Shown: positions 27,969 through 37,021 of the stretch, piece by piece
Layout: each line of letters begins with the position of its first letter
Position numbering within the stretch: position 1 is the first letter of the stretch
Source: Chthonomonadaceae bacterium
GTDB taxonomy: Bacteria; Armatimonadota; Chthonomonadetes; Chthonomonadales; Chthonomonadaceae
DNA: 64,000 nt
NCBI GenBank assembly: GCA_043762265.1
Contig: JAYUMV010000239.1
Coordinates: forward strand, 2,142 to 66,141
Reading direction: 5' to 3'
Program-made: the position numbers and the translations under genes
The notes under the pieces: model-generated
The model's database searches: none
Told to the model about the DNA's origin: nothing
What the model saw: the letters and a program-made list of their open reading frames with translations, nothing else

Positions 27969-28014
27969 GATCGCGATCACGGCAAACGCGATAGAGCGGT
28001 CCTTCGCGATAGAG
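27969..28014. promoter_or_regulatory. Three CGCGAT-core motifs in the vWA / aldo-keto reductase divergent region
   Basis: Palindrome GATCGCGATC at 27969-27978, 4 nt upstream of the vWA SD. Identical 10-mers CGCGATAGAG at 27987 and 28005 (18-nt spacing). Confidence 0.35.
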
Positions 28015-28178
28015 GCCAGCGGCCATTGAACTGTTAGTTACTAGGGCTCCCCAATAGGTTCACAGTCATGTCAAACTGATTTCAAATGACGAATTTTCCC
28101 TCTGGGAGATCCGACATGCAGACATAAGAGAGAGATAAAGCGTATAAGCGGAGGATTGCTACCTTGAAGGAGGGGACG

Positions 28179-29147
28179 ATGCAGTATACCAATTTGGGAC
28201 GGACGGCTTTGAAAGTCAGCCGCCTGTGCTTGGGAACCATGAACTTCGGACCGCAGACGACCGAAGAAGACAGCTATGCGATCATGGACAAAGCCCTGGA
28301 TCTGGGCATTAACTTCTTCGATACCGCCAACGTCTACGGCTGGAAGAAGGGCGAGGGCATCACCGAGCAGATCATCGGACGCTGGTTTGCGCAGGGTGGC
28401 GGACGCCGGGAGAAAGTCGTGCTCGCGACGAAGGTCTACGGCGATATGGGCGACTGGCCCAACACCAGTCGGCTCTCCGCGCTGCATATCCGACAGGGCT
28501 GTGAGGCCAGCCTGAAGCGCCTCCAGACCGACTATATCGACCTCTATCAGATGCACCATGTCTGGCGGGATGCCCCCTGGGATGAGATCTGGCAGGCGCT
28601 GGATCTGCTCGTGCAGCAGGGGAAAGTCCTCTACACCGGCTCGTCCAACTTTGCGGGTTGGCATATCGCGCAGGCCAATGAAGCGGCCAAACGACGCAAT
28701 ACCCTCGGTCTGGTCTCGGAGCAGAGCATCTACCATCTGCTGCGCCGCAACATCGAAACCGATGTCCTGCCCGCCTGCGAAGCCTACGGCCTGGGCGTGA
28801 TTCCGTGGAGCCCGCTTGCCGGGGGACTGCTGGGCGGCGTGCTGGAGAAGGCGGAGAAAGGTCGCCGCGCTTCGGAAGGCATGCAGAAAGAGATTGAAAA
28901 ACGACGTCCGCAGATCGAAGCCTGGGAAGCGCTCTGCAAGGAACTCGGCGAGAACCCTGCCGATGTCGCCCTCGCCTGGATGCTTCAGGACAAACGCATC
29001 ACCGGACCCATCATCGGACCGCGCACCATCGAGCAGTTGGAAGGCTCTTTGAAAGCGCTGGAAATCAAACTGGACGAAGAGACCAATACGAAGATCAATG
29101 AAATCTTCCCCGGCCACAAGTCCGCCCCCGAGGATTACGCCTGGTAG
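28179..29147 (+). CDS. Aldo/keto reductase
   Basis: MQYTNLGRTALKVSRLCLGTMNFG..., IDLYQMH, GVIPWSPLAGGLL. The ATG at 28179 is preceded by GAAGGAGGGG. Confidence 0.9.
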   Translation: MQYTNLGRTALKVSRLCLGTMNFGPQTTEEDSYAIMDKALDLGINFFDTANVYGWKKGEGITEQIIGRWFAQGGGRREKVVLATKVYGDMGDWPNTSRLSALHIRQGCEASLKRLQTDYIDLYQMHHVWRDAPWDEIWQALDLLVQQGKVLYTGSSNFAGWHIAQANEAAKRRNTLGLVSEQSIYHLLRRNIETDVLPACEAYGLGVIPWSPLAGGLLGGVLEKAEKGRRASEGMQKEIEKRRPQIEAWEALCKELGENPADVALAWMLQDKRITGPIIGPRTIEQLEGSLKALEIKLDEETNTKINEIFPGHKSAPEDYAW

Positions 29148-29258
29148 GCCGAACGTTCTCGGAAGCAGGATCGTTTTCCGTTTTGCAACCCTGACCCCTG
29201 ATCTGAATTTGCACTCCCTGTCCCTTCGGACGGAGCAAAGAAGGAACGGGGGTTTTGT

Positions 29259-29906
29259 TTGGCTAATGAAGCAGGCAGTACAAGGAACGTGGCAGAAGAT
29301 TTACTGTGGAGGTGCCGGAGGGTCCGAAGGAGCAAAGGGATCGCGCTTGCATGCATGTTGGTTTTTGTTGCTGCCTGGTGTCGGGCAGATATTCCGGTTG
29401 CTTCGTTGCGGTCCCTGTTTGCTCATGCTCAAATCCTTTTTCATCCTCCGCTGCTCCTGAAAGAGCATCTGCGCGAAAACCAGGAGTTTCGCGTCCAGCT
29501 CCTGACGCCGCCTCAAGGCGCGGCGGAAGTTACGGTAGATCTGAGCCTGAGCGCAGACGCCAAAGATCATCGCAGTTTTCACGCGGTCTCCAGAGATGGG
29601 CGTACCTTTGTGGTGCAGGCATCTCTCCTTCCTGCTCTCAAAGAACAGGCGCCTCTGCAATTGACGCTCCGCTCCCACAACAACGAGGTCGTCGGTTTTC
29701 TCCCGGATCAATCTATCCGCGTGGGTGGGATCCAGGTGCCGTTAAGCCGCGTCAGCCAGATTGAGAACGGTTCATCTCCACAGGTGATCCTCGTCGACCT
29801 CTCCGGCAAAATCTCCTTGCAAAGTGGCGAGACCGTTCCCCCAGGTGATCGATGGCAGATACTGGCTGGGAGCCTACAAGGACACGAAGGATCCGAACTA
29901 TCGTAA
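29259..29906 (+). CDS. Hypothetical exported protein
   Basis: Signal-like RRVRRSKGIALACMLVFVAAWCRA. Start uncertain (TTG 29259, or an internal GTG or ATG). Confidence 0.5.
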   Translation: MANEAGSTRNVAEDLLWRCRRVRRSKGIALACMLVFVAAWCRADIPVASLRSLFAHAQILFHPPLLLKEHLRENQEFRVQLLTPPQGAAEVTVDLSLSADAKDHRSFHAVSRDGRTFVVQASLLPALKEQAPLQLTLRSHNNEVVGFLPDQSIRVGGIQVPLSRVSQIENGSSPQVILVDLSGKISLQSGETVPPGDRWQILAGSLQGHEGSELS

Positions 29907-29955
29907 TCCTGCCTAGATCGAATGGATAAGACTGCACGAGGAAGGGGCAAGAAGT

Positions 29956-30525
29956 ATGGGCTTCGCGCGGGCGACAGCAAGGCAGATCGATGCGGTCGAG
30001 GAACTGGTGAATCAGTGCCGGGAGGATCTGGCGGCACGGCAGATTTTTCAGTGGGACGCGAGCTATCCCAACCGAGCTTACTTCGAGGGTGCGTTGGCGG
30101 CCGGAAGTCTGTTCGTTCTCACGGACGCAGATCGCGTAACCGGTGTCGTAGTTTTGGATGAGGGGCAGGCATCCGAATGGAGCGCGGTGGACTGGCAGGA
30201 AACGGAGGGACCGATCCTGGTCGTCCATTCGTTCGCGGTTCTGCTGTCGTCGCAAGGGAAGGGCTACGGAGCCACCATGATAAGCTGTTGTGAAGCCTTC
30301 GCTAGAGATGCGGGCTATAAGAGCATGCGCCTGGACGCTTTCTCGGAAAACGAATCGGCGTTGCGCTTCTATGAACGAAACGGGTATAGCTTTCAAGGGG
30401 AGATCGAACTCGCCTTCAAACCAGCGGGGCATCAACGCTACTACTGTTACGAGAAGCGCCTTATCGATTCTACAGAACAACCGACGTTCGGTCGCCCGAT
30501 TGAGACGCCCCACCCCAAATCGTAA
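29956..30525 (+). CDS. GNAT family N-acetyltransferase
   Basis: FAVLLSSQGKGYGATMISCCEAFA...ALRFYERNGY. SD GAGGAAGGGG. Confidence 0.85.
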   Translation: MGFARATARQIDAVEELVNQCREDLAARQIFQWDASYPNRAYFEGALAAGSLFVLTDADRVTGVVVLDEGQASEWSAVDWQETEGPILVVHSFAVLLSSQGKGYGATMISCCEAFARDAGYKSMRLDAFSENESALRFYERNGYSFQGEIELAFKPAGHQRYYCYEKRLIDSTEQPTFGRPIETPHPKS

Positions 30526-30744
30526 ACGAGAGACGGCGCTGGGCGGTCAGAAGACGCGAACGATGATGACAGACACTTTGACCTGGACCTCCCCCTTCGG
30601 ATGGATCGTCAACCTGGCAGACATCCTGTTTTTGAAAGCCCACATGCGGCGATTTCTGAACGAGCGTGATTCCAACCTGAAACAGATCGCAGAATCAGCG
30701 AATGGGTGAGGTGTCGTGACTTGCAAGAGTGGGAAAGCCAGACA

Positions 30745-30778
30745 TAGAAAAGCCGCTCGGTCCATTGAACTGAGCGGC
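30745..30778 (-). terminator. Rho-independent terminator of the lipoprotein gene
   Basis: Minus strand: GCCGCTC-(13 nt)-GAGCGGC followed by TTTTCT. Confidence 0.55.
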
Positions 30779-30821
30779 CGATGAGCGGCCTTTTGCTGCC
30801 GCTGCTGCGAGAGTGACAAGA

Positions 30822-31367
30822 TCAGGTAGTCCCCTTGGTCAGCGTGATCGTGCCGGAATTGGTGGTGCCGTCGGTGTTGTGAACGATAACGTTCAGCGTC
30901 ACGCTCTGGGAGGTGGATGGTCCTCCGTAGTTGATGCTGCTGACGGTGGGAGAGATGTTGGTGATGAGGCCGGTAAACAGGCCCGATTTGGCGATGGTGA
31001 GATTGGCCACAGTCGCCGTGCCGGAGGGGCCGGTAACGGTGATCGCATCGTTGTTGTAAGAGCCTGTCAGGGCTGTCTGGGAGCCCGCGAAGCCGAACTG
31101 ATTGCCGCTGAGGGCGATGGTTATGGTCGCCGCCTTCGTCGTGGGGTTCAGGGTGATGTTCATCGTAGAGGTGCCGCTGGTGCCGTCGACGTCGTGCCAT
31201 TGGCCGCTCCAGGTACCGGCGTAGGCCGTGGCAAAGCTGGTGGTGTTCACGGTCCCGTTGCCACTGCCTCCACAGCCTGTAAGCAAGGATGCTGCGACGA
31301 CGGCCAGGCAGGCGAACAGAGTAAATGCCATGCGTTGGGACGATCCTGGAAAATTGAGGTGTTTCAT
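30822..31367 (-). CDS. Small S/T/N/G-rich lipoprotein, function unknown
   Basis: Lipobox SLLTGCGGSG. SD AAGGAG. Confidence 0.8.
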   Translation of the reverse strand: MKHLNFPGSSQRMAFTLFACLAVVAASLLTGCGGSGNGTVNTTSFATAYAGTWSGQWHDVDGTSGTSTMNITLNPTTKAATITIALSGNQFGFAGSQTALTGSYNNDAITVTGPSGTATVANLTIAKSGLFTGLITNISPTVSSINYGGPSTSQSVTLNVIVHNTDGTTNSGTITLTKGTT

Positions 31368-31433
31368 AGTCTGGTGTCTCCTTAACGAGGGCGTAAGCGG
31401 TGCCTACGGCCCGGTTTAGTATTGGCTCCATCA

Positions 31434-31467
31434 GACTCTACAGCACGCCCATTACAACATCATTACA
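31434..31467 (-). promoter_or_regulatory. Activator-type promoter: TTGTAATG x2 (11-nt register) - 9 nt - TAGAGT
   Basis: Minus strand: TTGTAATG-atg-TTGTAATG-ggcgtgctg-TAGAGT. Lies 37 nt after the regulator stop and about 60 nt before the lipoprotein ATG. Confidence 0.6.
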
Positions 31468-31503
31468 AAGGAAACCCCGACTATCTCGGCTGCTCTTTCA
31501 AAC

Positions 31504-34500
31504 TCACGCAGATTCATTTTTCGACTGCAATGCCAACGAGATCGCGGCTTCGAGAGGCAGGCTTCTTCCTCTCTTCAGGCCGTCGAGGAAGCGAGGATCG
31601 GTGGCTACAGGGAGAAATGCGTCGTCAAATAGTTCCGCCTCTAGGGAGGACTTCTCTGACTGCATCTTGTGTCGGAGAGCCTGGGCAGCGCCCATCAGGA
31701 CGCCAGCACGTTCAGGAATTTCGGTCAGGACGGCATGGAGGGCGAAGCCCTCAAGGGCATGGGCCTGACCGAAACGACTGCCCACCGCCCTGTGGAGCTG
31801 CAGACTCTCCGTGAAGCAGCGAGAAGAGGCAGTATAGTCTTGTAGAGACAGATAGTTCTCCCCGAGGTTTACCAGACTTATGCCGGTAGCGTACCGATCC
31901 TCCAGTTCCCGCGCGATCATAAGCGCCTCCTCATGTACCTTTATGGCCTCCGCATACTCCTCCCGATAGTGCGCTAACGCGCCCAGATTGTTCAGAGTAG
32001 ACCAGATAGCCCCACGGTCACCGATCTGTTTGCGTAGATTGAGCGCTTCCTGGAGATTGACCTGGGACGCCTCGAAATCTCCCATAGATGTCTGGAGAGA
32101 GCCTATGTTATTCAGGCCCGTGGCGATGCGCCAGGTTATTCCCAGTTCCCGGAGGATGGCCAATCCCGCTTCATAGTAACGCAGGGCCTCCTTCAACTTG
32201 CCCTGTTCGCTGTAGTAAGTGCCTATATTGCTCAGCGTCAGGCCGATCCCTTCCAAGTTTCCTGCCTGCCGAAAATAGAGCAGCGCCTGCTCCTGGTGCG
32301 CCAGGGCCTGTGGATAGGCGCTTTCAGATTTCGCCAGTCCCGCAGCCGTCACGTAAGCACGGGCCAATACCTGCGGATCGAGGCCCGGTGCTGCGCGCTC
32401 TAGAAGCTGTTTTGTGAACTGTCGGTCTTCCCGGGTGCTGCCGCGCATATCCCAAAATCTCCAGAGCGATCCCACGATTCGCAGGCCGATTTCAGTCGGA
32501 GAGGGAGAGAGATCGGCGGTCGGCGCCTCGATACACCAGGTTAGCGCTGCCGTCAGGTTGGCGTGATCCTCCTCCAGTCGCTTCAGCAGGTCGCCCAGTT
32601 CAGGGCCGTTCAGACGAGGTGCGATCTCTTCCACCAGTTTCATCAGGCATAAAGCATGTGTATACTGTATCCGCTCCTGTTCCCAAGGCGGCAACTGCTC
32701 CCAGGCAAACTCCCGCAGCGTCTCCAGCATGCGAAAGCGCATCGCTCCGCTACGCTCTTCGGCGATCAAGAGCGATTCCGAGACCAGCCTCTCCAGCAGA
32801 TCGAACGCACTCCATCGGGCCGGTTCCAGCAGTACACTTCTCGACCCGTCTTCTTCGTCCCTCGGCAGGCACACCTCTGCCGCTTCCTTGGCATCCCAAC
32901 CGCCCTGAAAGACTGCCAACCGCGCAAAGAAACGCCGTGTTTCCGGGGAAAGCATCTGTACGCTCCAGGCGATGGCGGTGCGGAGTGAGCGATGGCGGGC
33001 GTCTTTATCGGCGCGTGGATTGACAAGCAGTTCGAGGCGCGGCACCAGGCGGTCGCTCATCTGCGCCGGGGTCATGGTGCGGATGCGCGCTGCTGCCAGT
33101 TCAATAGCCAGGGGAATGCCTTCTAAATACCGGCACAAGGTTGCGATGGCTTCGGCATTACGAGGGGTGAGTTGAAAGTCGGGGCGTACCGCCTGTGCCC
33201 TATCGAGAAATAGGCGAACGGAAGCGAACGTCGTCAGGGCTTCGGGAGTCGTCTCTCTCGTCGGCGTCGCCAGGGGAGCCAACGGAAACTCTTGCTCCCC
33301 CGCGATCCCGAGTACACGGCGAGAAGTCACTGCGAGCGTCAGAGACGGGACCGCTGCGAGCAGCGTCTGCACCAGCGAAGCTCCCTGCTCGACAAGATGT
33401 TCGAAATTGTCCAGAATGAGCAGAGAGGGAGCCGCCGAGAGCGCCGCGATCACCTGATTCAGGGGCGCGATGCCTCCCTGCGCAGGCAGGCGCAGGGTCT
33501 GCCGAAGGGCATCCGGCAACTGGCCGATATCCAGCAGGTTGCCCAGATAGACGAAGCGAACGCCGCCTGCAAACTGCGCCTGCAGTAAGGCCGCCGTCTC
33601 GATGATCAGGCGAGTCTTGCCATTGCCGCCCGGCCCGGTAAGCGTTATGAGACGATTTGTCTGCAAAAGGGCTGCAACGCGTGCTTGCTCCCGCTCTCTG
33701 CCGAAAAAACGCGTGAGACGCACGGGCAGTTCGACAGGGAGCGAAGGTATGGGAACGGTAGGCACGACCGGAGTAGGCGGCGCAAGCGTGGGAGCGTCGG
33801 CGGTAACGCCAACCCGCAATGCGGCTCCATGCCCCAATCGGTCACGTACCTGCTGAATAAAATTTCTTGCTGCCGCCGTCGGTTTGGCGTCGAACTGCTC
33901 CCGCAGGGTCTGTTCCAGGGTCGCGTACTGGCGAAGCGCAGCAGAGGGTTGTCCGACCGCAACGAAAAGACGGATGAGATCGAAGTGCGCCTCTTCGTTC
34001 CAGGCATCGGCCTGAAGCGCACGCTGGGCATAGGCGATCGCTTGATCGAAATCCCGCTCATGGGCCAGCCTCCGAATCAGTCTCCGCAGGGCCTCCTGAT
34101 GCAAGGAAGCAAGCCGCTCGCGCTCCGCAGCGATCCAATCGGCATCATAGCCCGGCAGCAGGTCGCCACGATAGAGGTCGACAGCCTGCGCCAGGAGTCG
34201 GATCTGTTCGGGTCGCTCTGACGCCCTGCCCGCCTGCGCCAACCCCTGTTCGAACTCTGCGGTATCGATCAGGAACGCTTCCGGATGCAGGCGCACCAGG
34301 AACCGGTCCGCTTCAATCAGCGGTGGCGCTGCTTGACCAGGCGCTTGAAACTGCCGTCGCAGAGCCGCCAACTCTACCCGTAGTCGGTTGCGCGCGGCCT
34401 CCGGGTCCTCGTCGGGCCAGAGCCGCAGCAGCAACTCTTCACGCGGCAACGTGCAATGGGGATGGAGCGCCAGGGCTGCCAGCATCTCGCCACCCTTGCG

Positions 34501-34584
34501 GGTACGAAAGCGATCTACCATCTGCTCGCCCTGTCGGGCGATAAAACCACCCAGTAGTTGAATTCTCCAGCGCTCCGTGAGCAT
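31504..34584 (-). CDS. SARP/AfsR-like regulator: wHTH + BTAD + NB-ARC + TPR
   Basis: MLTERWRIQLLGGFIARQGEQMVDRFRTRKGGEMLAALA. Walker A GPGGNGKTRLIIE. C-terminal TPR array. Confidence 0.9.
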   Translation of the reverse strand: MLTERWRIQLLGGFIARQGEQMVDRFRTRKGGEMLAALALHPHCTLPREELLLRLWPDEDPEAARNRLRVELAALRRQFQAPGQAAPPLIEADRFLVRLHPEAFLIDTAEFEQGLAQAGRASERPEQIRLLAQAVDLYRGDLLPGYDADWIAAERERLASLHQEALRRLIRRLAHERDFDQAIAYAQRALQADAWNEEAHFDLIRLFVAVGQPSAALRQYATLEQTLREQFDAKPTAAARNFIQQVRDRLGHGAALRVGVTADAPTLAPPTPVVPTVPIPSLPVELPVRLTRFFGREREQARVAALLQTNRLITLTGPGGNGKTRLIIETAALLQAQFAGGVRFVYLGNLLDIGQLPDALRQTLRLPAQGGIAPLNQVIAALSAAPSLLILDNFEHLVEQGASLVQTLLAAVPSLTLAVTSRRVLGIAGEQEFPLAPLATPTRETTPEALTTFASVRLFLDRAQAVRPDFQLTPRNAEAIATLCRYLEGIPLAIELAAARIRTMTPAQMSDRLVPRLELLVNPRADKDARHRSLRTAIAWSVQMLSPETRRFFARLAVFQGGWDAKEAAEVCLPRDEEDGSRSVLLEPARWSAFDLLERLVSESLLIAEERSGAMRFRMLETLREFAWEQLPPWEQERIQYTHALCLMKLVEEIAPRLNGPELGDLLKRLEEDHANLTAALTWCIEAPTADLSPSPTEIGLRIVGSLWRFWDMRGSTREDRQFTKQLLERAAPGLDPQVLARAYVTAAGLAKSESAYPQALAHQEQALLYFRQAGNLEGIGLTLSNIGTYYSEQGKLKEALRYYEAGLAILRELGITWRIATGLNNIGSLQTSMGDFEASQVNLQEALNLRKQIGDRGAIWSTLNNLGALAHYREEYAEAIKVHEEALMIARELEDRYATGISLVNLGENYLSLQDYTASSRCFTESLQLHRAVGSRFGQAHALEGFALHAVLTEIPERAGVLMGAAQALRHKMQSEKSSLEAELFDDAFLPVATDPRFLDGLKRGRSLPLEAAISLALQSKNESA

Positions 34585-34791
34585 AGATCTGTCCTGAACT
34601 CCTCAAACTGCGTAGACTCTATTATACCGCTCGCTTCTAATTGCGGTAGAATAGAGGGGATAGAAACATCGCCACGTCGCAAAAAACGCAAGATCGACGG
34701 ACCAGGGCAGGATTCACTCCCCTAAGAGACGAAAAGAGAACGGAATCCGTTCCACGACGCACGACTATTATGCAAGGAGTTGCACTCACCG

Positions 34792-35952
34792 ATGAAGATA
34801 CACGAATACCAGGCGAAAGAGGTCCTGGCGAAGTACGGCATCGCGGTTCCTAAGAACGCAGGTATCGCCACCACGCCGCAGGAGGTTCGCGCCGCCGTCG
34901 AAGCGCTTGGGGGACGCGGAGTTATCAAAGCCCAGGTCCACTCCGGCGGACGCGGCAAGGCAGGCGGGATCAAGGTCGCGAACTCCCCGGAAGAGGCGGT
35001 AGAGATCGCCGAAAAGATGCTGGGAATGCTGCTGAAAACGCACCAGGTTCCGGAAGGCATCGTCATCGAGAAAGTGCTGATCGAAGAGCCGATCCAGATC
35101 GAAAAAGAGTACTACCTCGGTATTGTACCCGACCGCGATACGCAGCGCGATGTGCTCATCGTCAGCGCGAAAGGCGGCATGGATATCGAAGCCGTTGCGG
35201 AAGAGGACCCGGACGCGATTGCCCATCTCTTTGTCGATCCGCTGGAAGGCATCTGCGACTTCCAACTGCGCCAGGTCTGCTACGACGCCAAACTGGACCC
35301 TGCTATCATCAATAAGGCGATGGTCTTCTTGCGCCAACTCTACACGGCTTACGTCGCGTCCGATGGATCGCTCGCCGAGATCAACCCGCTCGCCGTTACG
35401 GCGGATGGGCGCGTACTTGCGGCAGACGCCAAGTTCCAGGTGGACGACAGCGCCCTATTCCGACATCCGGAATTTGCCGCCTACGCCGACTCTAGTGCGG
35501 AAGATCCCATCGAAGCCGAAGCCCAGAAGGACGACATCGCCTATGTGCGTCTCGGAGGCGACATCGGCATCATCTGCAATGGAGCCGGACTCACCATGAC
35601 GACCATGGACGAGGTCAAGCGCGCCGGTGGCGAAGCCGCCGACTTCCTGGACGTGGGCGGTGGCGCACAGGCCGACCGTGTGCGCAAGTGCCTCGGGATC
35701 GTGCTCTCCGACACGAATGTGAAGGGCGTGCTCACCAATATCTTCGGCGGCATCACCCGGTGCGACGAAGTGGCCAAAGGCGTCATCGCCGCCACGCAGG
35801 TCATGGACATCAAGGTGCCGATCGTCGTGCGCCTCGCCGGCACGCGCGCCGAAGAGGGGGCGGCCATTCTAGCGCAGTCCAACCTGATCCCGGCCACCAC
35901 CATGCAGGAGGCTGCCGCCAAGATCGTCGCCCTGGTCAAAGCAGCGGCCTGA
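34792..35952 (+). CDS. sucC: Succinate--CoA ligase (ADP-forming) beta subunit
   Basis: MKIHEYQAKEVLAKYGI.VP...AQVHSGGRGKAGGIK...NIFGGITRCDEVA. Full-length match to the SucC pattern. Confidence 0.95.
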   Translation: MKIHEYQAKEVLAKYGIAVPKNAGIATTPQEVRAAVEALGGRGVIKAQVHSGGRGKAGGIKVANSPEEAVEIAEKMLGMLLKTHQVPEGIVIEKVLIEEPIQIEKEYYLGIVPDRDTQRDVLIVSAKGGMDIEAVAEEDPDAIAHLFVDPLEGICDFQLRQVCYDAKLDPAIINKAMVFLRQLYTAYVASDGSLAEINPLAVTADGRVLAADAKFQVDDSALFRHPEFAAYADSSAEDPIEAEAQKDDIAYVRLGGDIGIICNGAGLTMTTMDEVKRAGGEAADFLDVGGGAQADRVRKCLGIVLSDTNVKGVLTNIFGGITRCDEVAKGVIAATQVMDIKVPIVVRLAGTRAEEGAAILAQSNLIPATTMQEAAAKIVALVKAAA

Positions 35953-35990
35953 CCGCATCCGACATACTGCTGAGAAAGGTCCGGCTTCGC

Positions 35991-36617
35991 GTGGAAGACC
36001 AACTCGATCCTCTCCAAAAGGTAGAAGTCGCGCTGTTGCGCGCCGAATACCAAAAGCGTTTCCAGGGGACCATCCAATACCTCAAGGAGAGGGTCGGGGA
36101 GGGGATCGAGTACCGCAATACGGTCGTGCGCGTGGTGGTCTCGGAAACCGGGGTTTACTACGAACTCAACGATCTGCCGGAAGAGTTCTTCGGAGCGGTC
36201 GGGGAAGACCTGGTGCGACGATTTGTCGCGCCTACGGAGGCGATCACCCTGCTCACCCGCGCGGTAGAGGCTTCAAACTGCGTCACGGCGGAAAATACCC
36301 GGCAACTCTCCATTCTGGTCCTCTACACGCGGCGCGGCATCGTGGATCGAAAGAACTGCTTTCTCTTCGACTATGCCCCGCACGAATCGATGCAGAAGGC
36401 CCCCCGAATCATCGGGAAGTTTCAGCCTGATGTCATGCCATTGTTCTTTAAAGTCAAAATGGATGCGGACTTCGCCGAGGAGACGCTGGGCTTCCAAGGT
36501 GGGATCGTCTTCTGCATGGCGAATGCCGGGGACCGCCATCTGCTGATCCAGGTCCATCCTATCGACGGTCAGGTCACGGATCTTGGGGCGCTGCCGATCT
36601 CCGAGACGCTGCACTGA
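35991..36617 (+). CDS. Hypothetical protein (occupies the position where sucD is normally found)
   Basis: In-frame GTG at 35991 after the sucC stop. Protein-like composition. No SucD motifs (no CoA-binding GITGKQG). Confidence 0.55.
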   Translation: MEDQLDPLQKVEVALLRAEYQKRFQGTIQYLKERVGEGIEYRNTVVRVVVSETGVYYELNDLPEEFFGAVGEDLVRRFVAPTEAITLLTRAVEASNCVTAENTRQLSILVLYTRRGIVDRKNCFLFDYAPHESMQKAPRIIGKFQPDVMPLFFKVKMDADFAEETLGFQGGIVFCMANAGDRHLLIQVHPIDGQVTDLGALPISETLH

Positions 36618-36642
36618 TGCCTTCCGCCGCCACAAATTCTTC

Positions 36643-36671
36643 TTGATTTCGCCTCCTCCGCCTGATATAAT
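36643..36671 (+). promoter_or_regulatory. Near-consensus sigma70 promoter with extended -10
   Basis: TTGATT-N17-TATAAT, with a TG dinucleotide one base upstream of the -10 (cTGaTATAAT). About 340 nt upstream of the ECF sigma start. Confidence 0.6.
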
Positions 36672-37021
36672 AGAGAGTGATAGTTGCAGATATTGAGTGC
36701 GAGTAATTCGGGTGCCAGGTAAGGAATGTGAAACCGAATCGTGGGTTGCAGCGTCTATAAGATCACCTGTAGATCGAACGCGAATTTCCGAACACACCCG
36801 GATCGAGCCGCCGATCTCCCGTACCCCCCGCATCCCGTGCCCGGAAGCGTGGAAGTGGCAGACCGACCGTCACATTCGCGCTCGGTTTGCGTTTCTAAAG
36901 ATAACTCTTAAGACCAGTGTGCGAGGGCGCACCCTGGAAACCGGAGAGCCCTCTTCGGGAGGCGACTCACGAGGCAGGACATCCGTTGATTCATATATTC
37001 TCCGCAAGAGGGAGGCGGGTT

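Noticed and set aside
30563-30709. 48-codon ORF (MMTDTLTWTSPFGWIV...)
   Set aside because: It has no Shine-Dalgarno and no recognisable motif, and it lies in a convergent intergenic region. The evidence is insufficient.
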